A DNA stretch of 64,000 bases from Mytilus trossulus (lineage: Eukaryota): positions 61,566,001 through 61,630,000 of the forward strand of contig NC_086376.1 of the NCBI RefSeq assembly GCF_036588685.1. The letters run 5' to 3'. Below the pieces are notes generated by a model that worked only from the letters and a program-made list of their open reading frames with translations, made no database searches and was not told the origin of the DNA. Every line of letters starts with the position of its first letter. Position 1 is the stretch's first letter. The translations under genes were made by a program, and so were the position numbers. This document shows positions 13,007 to 25,840 of this stretch, piece by piece.

Positions 13007-13385
13007 GGGAAATTTTCCTAATACTGAATTACACTTGTATTATATGAGAATTTCAAATATTACTAATAGGTGAAAGTCCCTAAACCAAGATAACAAAGGG
13101 TAAAACAATAGCAACAAATAATTGATGACAATATTTTCTATCATTGTGGTTAACCGTTTTGTTTTTGTTTTTAGATAGATATAGGAAGATGTGGTGTGAG
13201 TGCAAATGAGACAACTCTCCATCCAAATAACAATTTATTATTTAAACCCACTTTACAGGTTTATCATTGTTAAATGTTTATTTTATAACTGATTATAACA
13301 TAATGTGTGGTCAGTGAGTATATCATATAAGACGCAGTAAACAATACGTATCACAAGGAACACACCAGCATAGATCATTACAGAG
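13007..13385 (+). promoter_or_regulatory. Promoter and non-coding exon 1 of copy 2
   Basis: GGGAAATTTTCC 13007-13018; TTTTCTATCATTGTGGTTAACC 13134-13155; TATAAG 13326-13331; donor GTAAGT at 13386. A ~65 bp retroelement tail is inserted at ~13173-13237. Confidence 0.75.
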
Positions 13386-13601
13386 GTAAGTACTTGATTT
13401 GCTTTAAAAGATATTCGTCATTCTCTCACAAAATATCTTGTTAATCGTCACAATTCGTATACATATAACTCAATATTTTATTTACAACTTTTATCTTTCA
13501 TTAACCTTCTTCAGCATTTTCGGTGATCCGTTTTCGCTTATGTTTTTACATTATTATTTTATTTTGACGAATTATTGAAAATCGTTTCAGAACCAACAAA
13601 C

Positions 13602-15109
13602 ATGACACCAATAGTATTGATTTCCTTTGCCCTATTCGGACTCGTTGCATCGGAGGCCGGTGAAAAAGGATACAGTCCCAAACATAACCTGAAAACATAT
13701 GGAAATCCATTCGGACCAGGTAATATTGGTAGTTTGGGATACCAAGGACATGGTAGATTTGGATATCCATCTTATGGTAGATCAGGATACGGATACGGGG
13801 GATATTCCAACAATGCATATGGTAACGGTTCACCATTAAACATTGGCGGATATGCTGCATACAATGGATATAGTATTCAAAGTGGATATCCTGGATACGG
13901 ATATTTACATGGCAGAGGATTGAACGGATTCAGTGGAAATAGAAATTACGGTGTTTACGGTAAAAATATCGGACCTTTCAATGGTAATGGATTCGGTCGA
14001 GGACTTGGAGGATTTAACAATTTAAATGGTTATGGAGCATATAGTATAAATGGGGCATACGGTGGTGTTAACAATTACGGAACATATGGTATTGGTGGTT
14101 TGAATGGTTTTGGATCATATGGGGGTTTAAATGGTATCGGATCATATGGTGGTTTGAACGGTTTTGCATCATATGGTATTGGTGGTATTGGTAGTTTAAA
14201 TGGTTTTGGATCATCTGGTTTTGGTGGTTTGAATGGTTATAGATCTCATGGTATTGGTGGTTTAAATAGTTTTGGATCATACAGTATTGGTGGTTTGAAT
14301 GGTAATGGTGTTGGTGTCAATGGTGGACTAATAAATGGTAGACGAGGTCTAAATGGATTGAGCAGTTTTGGTAAATTTGGAGGTAAGTAATCCTACATCA
14401 CCAAAAAGGAGAAAAAGTTGTTATTTATGTGAAATTTCATAATAATAATACAAATACAATTGCCAGCTTGTAATTTGAGAGGGTTTCAAACAAAATGACC
14501 TTCGTTCGTCACGTTGATTGATTTAGATTTATGTTCCGACACACGAATATGAGTAAAAGTAAAACGTTAAACAAATCATGCCGCATGATGAATGTATTGG
14601 ATGATTATTTAAGATGGGTTGGTAAATGGTCAAATATTTTTTTAACAATATTACATTGATTGCTTATACCTAACTCTATGGAGAGTCCGACTTTATGGAT
14701 ATTTCTACACTAAGACGTCAGCATAGCAAGATATACACAAATGAACCTTGATTTGAGAGTTTTTGATTTTTTTTTTAAATAAGCTTTGAAATTGTATGGG
14801 GCAAGTCGTTTTCCATAAACCTTGTGCATTTTTTTCGTTTGATTTGAAAGTTATTTTGATACCAATTATCTAAATCAAAGATAAAAAAACTGAAGGAAAA
14901 GTAGGAGATGTACGGAAGAATAAGAAAAGATACGAACAACCGTAGGAGACATAAAACCGAAAGTTTTTTTTTGAGCAATTTTAGCGGAATGTTCATTTGA
15001 AAAAATCTTTTGAGAATATGAACTGAAATCTTCCTTTAATAATGCAATGCAATCACCTTATTATTTGAACATTGTTTTCATCATTGCAGGTAAAAAAGGA
15101 ACATATTAG
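13602..15109 (+). CDS. Secreted Gly/Asn/Tyr-rich structural protein, copy 2; join(13602..14382,15090..15109), 266 aa
   Basis: Acceptor ends 13590; signal peptide MTPIVLISFALFGLVASEA; donor GTAAGT at 14383; exon 3 gives GKKGTY-TAG. Confidence 0.9.
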
Positions 15110-16845
15110 GATCCAAGAAGTCCATGATGAATTGATGTCAATGTTTTACAGTTTTTTTTATAATGGTTTATGTATATTAAAATAAATTTTAATCTCTTTC
15201 TCCTTGATTTTTCATGCACGTTTTGTTTTCTATAGTACCATTTAATGGAAATATAGAGAAGCAATTCAATTGAAAACAATATGTGAACGAATTATTGCGA
15301 CCAAAAAGGTAAAATAAGAAACAAAACCCAACAAAACATTTTCGAGAAAATAAACCTTGCTTATCACATAGAAATGAAATAACAATTATTGGCGAGGTTT
15401 TCCTTATTTCACAGGAGTCTGACTTTATACAGAAACGTCTGATGAAGAAGAACAGATGTTGGCAGTATCCATTAACTTTTCATTTTGCTATATAAATGAT
15501 TTTCTCTTGCTGAATAATACAATTTTTGGTGACTAGGCTGAAATCATCTTTCCCATTAACCTGGAGACGAGATACAATTAAAGGGAAATCACACTATTTA
15601 AACTACTAATAATAATTCATTTAAATTTTGCATGTAGACAGCTCATACTTATGACAATATTTTAGGCGAAAAAAAAAATTGGGGTCACCGATGTTGTTTT
15701 CGAGATATGACGTCATCAAAAAGTAAAGAATCGCGTTATACCGTAATATAGAAATATTGCTCAAAAATGCTTAAAGAAGGCAAAATTATCGAAAAACTAT
15801 GCTTAACTGGTTTAACTAAAACAGTCAATTGTAGATTTTATCTCATACCCATTTATTTTTCTCAGTTTCCTTTTTTTTTAAGGCCCTTTTTAATTTCCCG
15901 CCATTTTTGATTGCCATTTATTATAGATTTTTCTTGAAATAAAAAAAATCTACTAATGTTTTTTCCTTCAAACTTCTGCATTAGTTGCAGCTTCGGGGGA
16001 GATTTTAAAAGCATAAATAAAAAAGGGGGGTCACCGATGTTTTAAATCCGCTACAATGGAAATAATCTTATAATCGATTTTTGGCGGGAATTATAACTTT
16101 TTCTCTTTACGTTACAGAACGACGTTGCTAGCATAGCAGCATTTCTTGCAATGCTTTGAACTATTGGGTTAAACCTTTTTACTAAACCATTATAACATGT
16201 ATAATATATATATATTTTTTTATAGTAATTATTTTTTGGGGCATTTTGATTATTCATTATTAAACATACAGTAACAGCTTATCAAAAAGTAATTGTCAAA
16301 GTTGGAGCCATCTAAATTTTCTATTGCATTTGTTGTATCTGGGCTGAAAAGTAACACGTTCCATTTAGACTACAAACAGAATAAATTCACTAACTAGTCC
16401 ATTGCACCGGGAATATAAAACCCGAAATGCCGTGTTTAAAAGCCACAAACTCAGCACTTTGAAAAAAAAAAAAAACTCAATGAAATCGTTTTCGGTAGAA
16501 ATTTAAAATTGGCTAACATTTCTGTTATTACACAACGCTCCATAATCGAACCAAATTAAGTTCGAGTTCCAGTTTTTGAGTTCAAAGTTCAAGTTTGATT
16601 TCGAATATTTTTTCCAGTAAGATTTCTAGTTTAAGCTCGAGTTACACTTAGAAACTTCTGAGTTATACTGTTAGATAGAATAAAAATTCTAGTAAGAGTT
16701 TAAATTTTGAGATCCGATGAAATTAAGATTAAGAATGGGGTTTCTATTTTCTGTTTGTGCACCTCTTTTTGTTTGAATGTATATTCTTTTATCACATTTA
16801 TCTTTCATTGTGGTAAATGCACCTATTTTTGCCAATACTGATTAA

Positions 16846-17046
16846 TGAGGGGGCAGGACCTTTTTCGGGACATCGGGATCAAGTGTTTTTTAGCTCGGGA
16901 TTTCGGGATTGACCCTTTCGGGATCCGGGATTTCTTTTTTCGATGTTCGGGATGTCGGGATTTTTTTTAAAATTCTGAACCTCGGGATATCATGTTTTTT
17001 AAGCCCGGGATCTCGTGTTCAGGACCCCTCTGATCCCGCCCCCTCA
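16846..17046. mobile_element. MITE with TTAA target duplication and internal TCGGGA(T) repeats, nested in the 3.9 kb element
   Basis: TTAA-TGAGGGGGC...GCCCCCTCA-TTAA; many TCGGGA/CGGGAT motifs inside. Confidence 0.75.
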
Positions 17047-17566
17047 TTAATAATAGTTAATTTGAAAATAATTGATTGAATTTGTGTGCCAATATTTAAG
17101 CACTCTCTACTTTATCATGTCGTTTTTTTTTTTAAGAACTTAAGAATAAAGAGTTAATCAGCTACTTTTGTATAAAAAAAACTGGATGTCCTTTTCAGTC
17201 ACGTTAGGGATCCGACAATCTCCCTTTATCCTGTCGACAGTTATCACATTGAGTGACCTAAACCCGAACCTACATCTGAACTTTTATTTCTATTTTTTTT
17301 CCATTTTTTTTACCATTTTTTTCTTTATTTTTGCAAAACTTTTAGTGGCAAATATTAGATGAACATCATCACAAACATTTGTCTATATGAGTGGAATATT
17401 CTTTCACCAGACGGACCATAAGTGTGTCTGTTACAGTTTAGCAGTACTCTGTGAGACATGAATATATCTTTTCATAAATACATCTGTGTGTGTGTGTTAA
17501 ATATTTCTCTTGTTGGAGACTGGTAAAGCCAAATGTATAGTACGTGTTGAATTATTATATATAATA

Positions 17567-17900
17567 TATACGCCCGGTTACGGGACGTATTATGGTATAC
17601 ATCTGTCTGTCCGTCCCGTCGTCAACATTTCGGACATTGACTCAAAAATGCTTTAACCAATTGTCATAAATCTGGTGAATTGTTTATATCTATTGACGTG
17701 AGCTCCCTTTCTTTTTTGAATGAATTTTGATTTGACGTTTCCGAGTTATAGGGTTTTATTCATTAAAAAGGGGGATTTCCCAGTTTTCGGACAATTATAA
17801 ATCAATAACGCTTTCATCAATCCTCATACAACTTTGATAAATTGTTCATGTCTGTTAATGTAAATACCCTTTTGATTTTCATAAATTTCTAATATGACAT
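17567..17900 (+). mobile_element. Fragment of a HINE/Helentron-associated (pearl-like) element
   Basis: TATACGCCCG...CGGGACGTATTATG subterminal palindrome, followed by a TCTG/TCCG microsatellite and two ~150 bp degenerate tandem units starting CGGACA. Confidence 0.5.
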
Positions 17901-20900
17901 TGAGAAGTAATGGATCTCTCTGAAATTGTACCACAAAATTCCACATCACAAATAAAAGGCTGAAATTGATTTAAGGAGTACATGTACTTGCTCAAAACGT
18001 TCAAAAATCAATAGGGGCCACAAACAAGCATTCTACTTAATTTACTATTTTACAATAACTTGTGTTTAAGTGTATGGGTCTATCTAAAATTGTATTACAG
18101 AGGGGAGGGGTGGCGTTTCATTTTTTCAGGGCAGATTTTTCGAAATATCTCAAGAAGAAATCTCCAATTGCACAGTATTGCATAATAGATTTTTAATATC
18201 TTTGAACACATTTATTTTGTGTCAGAAACCTATATTATGTCAAATTTTTTTTTTTATCACAATCCAAATTTGGATCGTATCAAGCTTGAATATTGTATCC
18301 AAAATTGCCCAACCTGATCCTAACTGTTCAGAGTTCAGAGGCGTTAGATATTAAAGGAACATGTGGGAAAGATGGACGACCCTTATATCATTTCTGTCGT
18401 CACATTTGAAATAATAACGATATCAAATAGGACTTGTCACATTTACGTCCAGTGGCAAGTTAAATGCATATTCAGAACTAGAACATATGAATTTTGACTC
18501 TGCTTTGTAAAAGCCCGACAGGCTGAGCCGAATAAATTCTTATATGAAATGAGATGTTTGATGAATTATTTATACATGTAGTATAGGAGACTATATTTAT
18601 GATGTTGCATGCATCAATATTTTAAACATGTAGTATAACGTAATCAGAGATCAATATTTTAATCAGATTGGAGAAAACTGTAAGTTGAAACTCATTGTTC
18701 TTATTTACAACCCTCTTTTGAACGGAAAACTACAGATTCCGATAGCTATACGCTAATATGCTGGTACTCTTGGTCTGTTTGTAACATCCCCCCTCCCTTT
18801 CCGAAAATATACACTGAACCCTACATACCACATTGCGGCGATACGCTGCCAAAGTTGTGTCATTTCATTACTTTTTTTTTTACATTTTGTCAATTTCGGG
18901 AAGCAATTTCATTTTTGCACTTAAGGTCAAGATGAGTCAATTTTTTTTGTTTGAAATTTAGAATTCAATCAGATATTGAACATATACATCAGAAAATAAA
19001 ATAAAAATTCATGTCACCGACTTCGTTATCGAATAAATGGTCGGAGTTACATTGACTAAGTTACATTGAATATGCTATGAAATTCTAACGTTCTTAGTGT
19101 TGATTATGCATGATGATTATGTGTTTTGTATTGATATATACTTTTTATCATAATAGTCTGGATAGTGGGTCATTCATTTATTTATGTTTATTTTGTGTTT
19201 CCAATATTTTTTATTCTTTATATTTTAGCAACTCTTCATTCAATCTTTGTTTTTTTTGCCTTTTATTCTGCAGTATTTGCCAATTATTTTGTATTCCGCA
19301 GGAACATCGCAATACAATCTAGAAACTTGCCAGTACAACATATCAGTTGTAAAAAATAAGATATGTCTATTATCATTTCTCCTGCTTTAGTGGACGTCCC
19401 TTCGAGCGCTCGCTTTTTCATGAATTAGAAACCTTTAAGACGGAATCGAAAACGGCGACGTCATAATATAATTACGACACTATGGCGGCGCCGAGAGCGA
19501 TGCGTATAAACAATAGTGTGATTTCCCTTAAAGTCTGTCTCTTATCTTGACGTTCACACTTATACACACGTTGGATAAAGCAGTATTGCTGCATGGCCAT
19601 GTAGAGTCCTTATGACTAACATAATATCACATCATAATTTTGGCAGTCGTTTTATTTTTATTGCATGTAAATATAAATATGGCTCTTCAAAACTTAACTG
19701 TAAAAGGTCATGCTTTTTACAAACTGATTGTGACGTTGAACACTAAATCAGATGGAAGGTTTCTGATTGATATATAAATAAAGGCAACAGTAGTATACCT
19801 CCGATTAAAAGTCATTAACAGATTGAGAGAAAACAAATCCATTTCACGAATAACAACACCAAGTGTAAGAATAGAACAACGAAACAATAGTTAACTAACT
19901 TGGTTCAGGACATTTTAAGAAACAATATAAGTCTGACAACCATGGTTAGTTATAAGTTGAAATCATATTGAACTAGCTTTCTGCTTTTGCGAAACACTTA
20001 TGTGTTGCTCATTCCAGATATACTTTTTATTTTTGTTTCATTATTCGGTGATGTCGAAGAAAAGAGGACGTTGTATGGCAACGAATGATTTGCAAATAAA
20101 AACTTCGTTCATTCTGAGACAACAACTGCAAATAAAAAAAATATTGCAATATTGTAGATTTAACAAAAGTGAAAGAAAATTATTGGGATTTTTGAAAATT
20201 TTCTACTTAGAAAAATGTGTCAGATGTAGGAATGCACCTAGTCGCACCATTCACATTTATAAAAACCCTGAAATAATTTCCGAACTCTATTATAAAAAAT
20301 AAAAAAAACCCCAAAAAAACAGTACATAATATTTTACACGTCACTAGAAAAGATTGGTCAACTTGAAAATCAACAAAAAGATGAAAACAAAACACTAAAA
20401 CCATGGTATTGCACTTAGATCTACGACGGAGAGGTTTCGTTATGATACATCATGTTTTAATGTCTATATAATAAACCAAGTTGTAATGTCAATTGTTCAA
20501 ATTTACTAGAATAGTTGAAAACAAATTAAAAAATGAGAAGCATCTCATGAAATCGAAAATTGATGAATACCAGGTGCCCCGAACAGGTTATGTTATTTGC
20601 GATATTATTAGACCTACACTATCTGTTACATCCGCTTATTTTGAGATTAGTTGGAATGGCGCGATATATTCTAGATTTATATAGGTAGATGATATTGTTT
20701 TTTATCATTTCGATGGTTGTAAGGTGACGTGGATCTGCTTACGTCAATGCCATGTGGGGTTGTCTCATTGACAATTATACCATATCTTCTTGTTTTCATT
20801 ATGAATTATTCAAAGAGAAAACAATAGTATACAACATGACCTCAAATTTAAGGATCAATCTATGTTCTTGAAATTCATCTTGAAAAAACACATCTCTGAA

Positions 20901-21964
20901 TTTTACCTTGTTTTAATGAACGAATAAGAATACTAGAAGAAAATCAAAAGCACAGTTGGTTTCCATAAGAATGAACACTGCTTTAAAAACATAACTACCA
21001 CAGGTATCAAAAATGGTTTTCATGAGACTCCGTAAATTAGACTTGCCGGGTTTGAACCATATTCACAAAACCACAGGTGCCACATGTGAAGCAGAATCTG
21101 TTTATCATCCCGAGGCAAATGAGAACAACCCCGGTGTTTGGTAGGGTTCGTGTGGTTTAGTCTTTAGTTCTCTTTGTTGTATTTTATGTAGCATTATTTG
21201 TCTGTTTGTCTTAGATCATCCCAATGTTTTAGGGGGGGGGGGGGGGTTCCGTGTTGCTTAGTCATTGGGTTTTTATGTTGTGTGTTATGTTCTATTGTTT
21301 GTTTGTTTGCTTTTTTATGGCAACATCATGAACTGGTTGATCTTTATGATGATTGCTGAAATTAATTAACGACACTTTTAACACGTCTGCTTAGATTGTG
21401 GTTTGACATCTATGTCTTCTTCTGCTAATTACCGAACGTGACCTTTTCCCGAATAGTACTGTGTTGTGGCTTGTGAATTTGCATTGCTATACGACGTTTT
21501 TCGGTATTTATTCATCCAACATTCAGGTATCTAGTTATAAGAGAGGGACGATCAAACTCATAAATCCAAAATAAACTGACAATGCCATGGCTAAAAATGA
21601 AAAAAGAAAAAAGACAAACAATAGTACGCATGACACAACATAGAAAACTAAAGAATAAGCAACCCAACCGCACCAAAAACTAGGGGTGATATCAGGTGCT
21701 CCGGAAGGGTAAGCAGATCCTGCTCCACATGTGGCACCCGTCGTGTTGTTCATGTATTAACAAATCCGGTAAATAGTCTAATTTGGTAGGTCACATTCAT
21801 TATAATCTTTCTGTTGTGGGTTCGGTTAGATATTGTGTTATGTCTTATCGTTTGTGGTTTGAATTCTGAATTTTCGGTACATTTCACATATGTCTTATAT
21901 GTCAGTAGAGTATAAGTCGAGTTAACTTTTATTTTCTGAAAATGAACGGGTGCAGATTCTGAAA

Positions 21965-22410
21965 ATATAAAAAAGAAGATGTGGTATGATTGCCAATGAG
22001 ACAACTATCCACAAAAGACCAAAATGACACAGACATTAACAACTATAGGTCACCGTACGGCCTTCAACAATGAACAAAGCCAATACCGCATAGTCAGCTA
22101 TAAAAGGCCCCGATAAGACAATGTAAAACAATTCTAACGAGAAAACTAACGGCCTTATTTGTGTATAAAAAAAATGAACGAAAAAACAAATATGCAACAC
22201 ATAAACAAACGACAACAACTGAATTTACAGGCTCCTGACTTGGGATAGGCACATACATAAATAATATGGCGGGGTTAAACATGTTAGCGGGATTCCAACT
22301 ATCCCCCTAACCTGGGACAGTGGTATAACAGTACAACATAAGAACGAACTATACAAATCAGTTGAAAAAGGCTTAACTCATCAGATGGACAAAAATACAA
22401 GTGGACGTGG
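21965..22410 (-). mobile_element. ~445 bp 5'-truncated retroelement (AGATGTGGTATGATTGCC family)
   Basis: Absent at the paralogous site ~9200 (GATTCTGAACAGCC) and present at the same site at 30475-30910. A longer copy at 42100-43330 continues into RT coding sequence. Confidence 0.75.
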
Positions 22411-23285
22411 AAAAGCCTTGTTGAAATCACAGTCAAATTCAGAGATAATGCTAACTTTACATTCATTTTGTTAATCTCTACTCCCATTCTCATTTCAATA
22501 AAAGAACTAAACAGAAATAAGAGAAGCACACCATATTTTTATGGAAATGACCACTGCGCATTGGAAAAAACTCTGAAATGGCTAAAATAAACAGATCAAT
22601 TATCTTGATAATTTCTGTTTCAACACAGTATGTGTCCTCGTTATTTTTTACACACATAAAAAATAAGATCACAAAATTATGCACTCCAAGGAAAATTCGA
22701 AACGGAAAATCCCTATTCAAATGGCAAAACTTAATCTTCAATTTTAAATATATTTAATGTATTAATTTTGACCTTCATTTTCTCCAAGAAAAAATGCATA
22801 TTTTTATAGCCCAATAGCGAGTGAAATTTGCCTGTGTATGTTTAATTTCAATTTTTAATCCGGATACCATACACTCGCTTAAAAAAAAAAGAACTCAAAA
22901 CAATCATCATCAAAATTCAAAATAGAACCCTCAAAACTCGAATCCGATCCCTAAATTTAAGTTATTCCTTTCCTATCATCAATATTATGATGCAACATCA
23001 TGACTTCAGAAATCGTCACGCGGAATAAATATTGAACCTGCTTTTTTGCGAGCTATAAACAATTTAAGTTAGCAATGACAAAATTCTGTAAACGCTGTGA
23101 CCTATATACTGTAATCACAAACCGCAAGTTTTGATATTTATTAAAAATACATAAAGCAATGAACGACCATAGACGATATGTGTTTTCAAGGTTAACCACA
23201 GCGAAGATAATATTGTAATAAATTATTTATTTGTACTTAAACAACAAAAAAAGTGTTATCCACTATAATTGTATTAGCGGTTCGA

Positions 23286-23329
23286 GCGTCACTGATGAGT
23301 CTTCTGTAGACGAAACGCGCGTCTGGTGT
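23286..23329 (+). ncRNA. Minimal type I hammerhead ribozyme
   Basis: GCGUCA-CUGAUGA-GUCU(UCUGU)AGAC-GAAA-C(GCGC)G-UC/UGGUGU. Intact core, stem II, palindromic loop III and a wobble-rich stem I. Predicted cleavage after C23323. Confidence 0.85.
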
Positions 23330-23605
23330 ATACTAAATTTAGTCCTGGTATCTATAATGAGTTTATTTACAACAACTGGGTCGATGCCACTGCTGGTGGA
23401 GATTTATTTCCCCGAGGGTGTCATTGATATTTTTATATTTATAAATTTACTGTTAACAAATTTTAGAATTTTTTGAAATACTAAGGCTTTTCTACCTAAG
23501 GCAAATATTACCTTAACTGTATTTGTCAAAACTTTTAGGAGTTTTAGTCCTCAATGCTCTTCAACTTCCTACTTTATTCGGCCTTGTTATCATTTTTGGA
23601 TTCGA

Positions 23606-23649
23606 GCGTCACTGATGAGTCTTCTGCAGACGAAATTTGCGTCTGGCGT
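23606..23649 (+). ncRNA. Minimal type I hammerhead ribozyme, second copy (stem/loop III mutated)
   Basis: GCGUCA-CUGAUGA-GUCU(UCUGC)AGAC-GAAA-U(UUGC)G-UC/UGGCGU. Predicted cleavage after 23643. Confidence 0.75.
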
Positions 23650-25303
23650 ATACTAAATTTAGTCCTGGTATCTATGATGAGTTTATTTGTGAAACATTTT
23701 CAATTTCTGATGATATTTGTTAAAAAAAAGACACAAAGCAACAAAGAACCATTGTAATAGACTATTTATGTTTTCAAGGTTAACCACAATGAAGATATTG
23801 TAATTAATGATATATTTTTACATAAATCAAAAAAAGTGTTCTTCATTACTATATTTGCGGTTTATGAAACATTCTCAATATTTGTTGTTTTGTGATTTTC
23901 GAATCTATGACATTTCTACAGTATTGGTTAGAAGTGTCAAATTATTTTATGTTATTTAAGAATAGTAAATATAAATATATTGTATTTTATACATTTTTAG
24001 GTCAGAGATGGCTTGTGAAAATAAAATATATAATTTTGACAAAAATATAACTATCATAAAGAACATGAATGTTTTTAAAATAGTTGAACACATAACAAAG
24101 TAAAGGGTAGCTGGGAAATTGAATGTACGTTTGACAGCTAATGGCAAAATTTTCATTGTATTTTGTTGTGAGACAAATAATTCATTCCGATATTTTTCTG
24201 GGTATTAAATTTGGTTTCAAATTCAAATTCCAAAAAACTATCATTTGGAATGAGTTTCTCTGTCGTCGGACAGTTTCGTAAACAATGTTGTTACCCCAAA
24301 AAGTAGCTTACTTTTCGTGCAAGAGATAAACAAAATGAAATAAAAAAAAATATGTTTCAGCTTTTATGATTAGCATATGAAGTTTATAATTTCCAGCTGA
24401 TACGATATAAGAAAAAGAAACAAATACGCCGAGCCTGAAAATAAATTGAAAAAGGGGAGATAGCCATGAAAACTAACCAAATTTAACGTTATCAACCAAC
24501 GGGTAAATGTTATATTCATTATTTGGTAATGCATGCCCCGAAGAAAATGGTTTATTAAATCGTGTGCTATCGGTTATTTATACACCGAATTATATAACAG
24601 TTGTTATAGTTCAGTAAAAAATTGAATGAGCAACCGAGATAGACACAATGCCTTTATGAGACACAAACAATCATACCTCCAGATTGGGGTGGGGTTCTCG
24701 ACTCTCAGTTTTTAGTTTTTTTATGTTGTTTCTCACGTACTATTATTTGTCTGTTTTGTCTTTATCATTTTTAACCGTGGCGTTGTCAGTTTATTTTCAA
24801 TATATGAGTTTGACTGTTCCTCTAGTATCTTTCGCCTTTATTGTATAAACGTACTACACAGGTAAACATCTAACTAACGTTTTGTAAGAGTTTGCCATTA
24901 CCATGAACGAAACAGCCGGTGATATGTTTGGAGCAGGATAGGCAAGACCTTCAAGAGTACATTGTATCATCCCAGATTTTGCATGGTTTCATGTCATTCG
25001 GTCTTGAGAATTTCTACACATTGTTATGTAGACGATTGTTTATACATTTCCAAAAGAATAAAATCATAATTCAACTTCTTAAAAAAAATGAAAATGAATG
25101 CAAGAAGTAAAGTAAAAACAATGTATTTACGAACTCCAAGGGAATTTAAAACGGAAATTCCCTCAGCAAATTGCAAAATCAAGAGCTCAAACACATCAAA
25201 ACGAACGGATAATAACGATAATAATGAGTCCGAGTTTGAATAGATCAATTACAAATACAGTGTTAAATTATTAGAAATACACAACTTAAAACTTAAATAA
25301 AAT

Positions 25304-25619
25304 GGGAAATTTTTCTTTTACTGAATTACACTTGCATTATGAATTTCAAATATTTCAAATAGGTGAAAGTCCCTAAACCACGATAACAAAGGATAAAACA
25401 ATAGTAACAATATTTTTGATGACAATATTTTCTATCATTGTGGTTAACCGTTTTTTTTTGGTTTTTGTTTGTTAATTAAACCCACTTTACAGTTTTATCA
25501 TTGTTAAATGTTTATTTTATAACTGATTATAACATAATGTGTGGTCAGTGAGTATATCATATAAGACGCAGTAAACAATACGTATCACAAGGAACACACC
25601 AGCAGAGATCATTACAGAG
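25304..25619 (+). promoter_or_regulatory. Promoter and non-coding exon 1 of copy 3
   Basis: GGGAAATTTT at 25304; TTTTCTATCATTGTGGTTAACC 25428-25449; TATAAG 25560-25565; donor GTAAGT at 25620. Confidence 0.75.
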
Positions 25620-25840
25620 GTAAGTACTTGATTTTCTTTAAAAGATATTCGTCTTTCTCTCACAAAAGATCATGTTAATCGTCACAATTCGTATATATAT
25701 CAATATTTTATTTGCAACTTTTATCTTTCATTAATCTACTTAAGAATTTTCGGTGATCCGTTTTTGCTTATGTTTTAAAGGTTTTATTATTATAATTCTA
25801 TTTTGACGAATTATTGAAAATCGTTTCAGAACCGACAAAC

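Larger units (their letters stand above)
15582..19528. mobile_element. 3.9 kb non-autonomous TIR DNA transposon (Kolobok-like: TTAA target, RR...YY ends) with nested insertions
   Basis: 17-bp TIR AGGGAAATCACACTATT / AATAGTGTGATTTCCCT, flanked by TTAA (15578-15581) and TAAA (19529-19532). The empty site CAATTAAGTCTG is seen in the paralogous unit at ~27795. No transposase ORF. Confidence 0.8.
23283..23686 (+). mobile_element. Non-LTR retrozyme-like insertion: one 320-nt unit bounded by two hammerhead motifs
   Basis: An ~85 bp direct repeat at 23281 and 23601 contains the HHR. The insertion is absent at the paralogous positions (~11275, ~32040, ~33465). Confidence 0.8.

Noticed and set aside
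16860-17020. TCGGGA repeats and TTCACATGAA repeats (31360-31560) as CRISPR-like arrays
   Set aside because: Repeats are short and irregular, lack unique spacers of constant length, and lie inside TIR-bounded MITEs in a eukaryotic context.
21690-21745. Calling the GGGTGCC...AGCACCT module an HDV-like ribozyme
   Set aside because: A P1-like helix is present, but a canonical P3/L3, P1.1 and J4/2 could not be fitted. It is reported only as an unclassified structured module.
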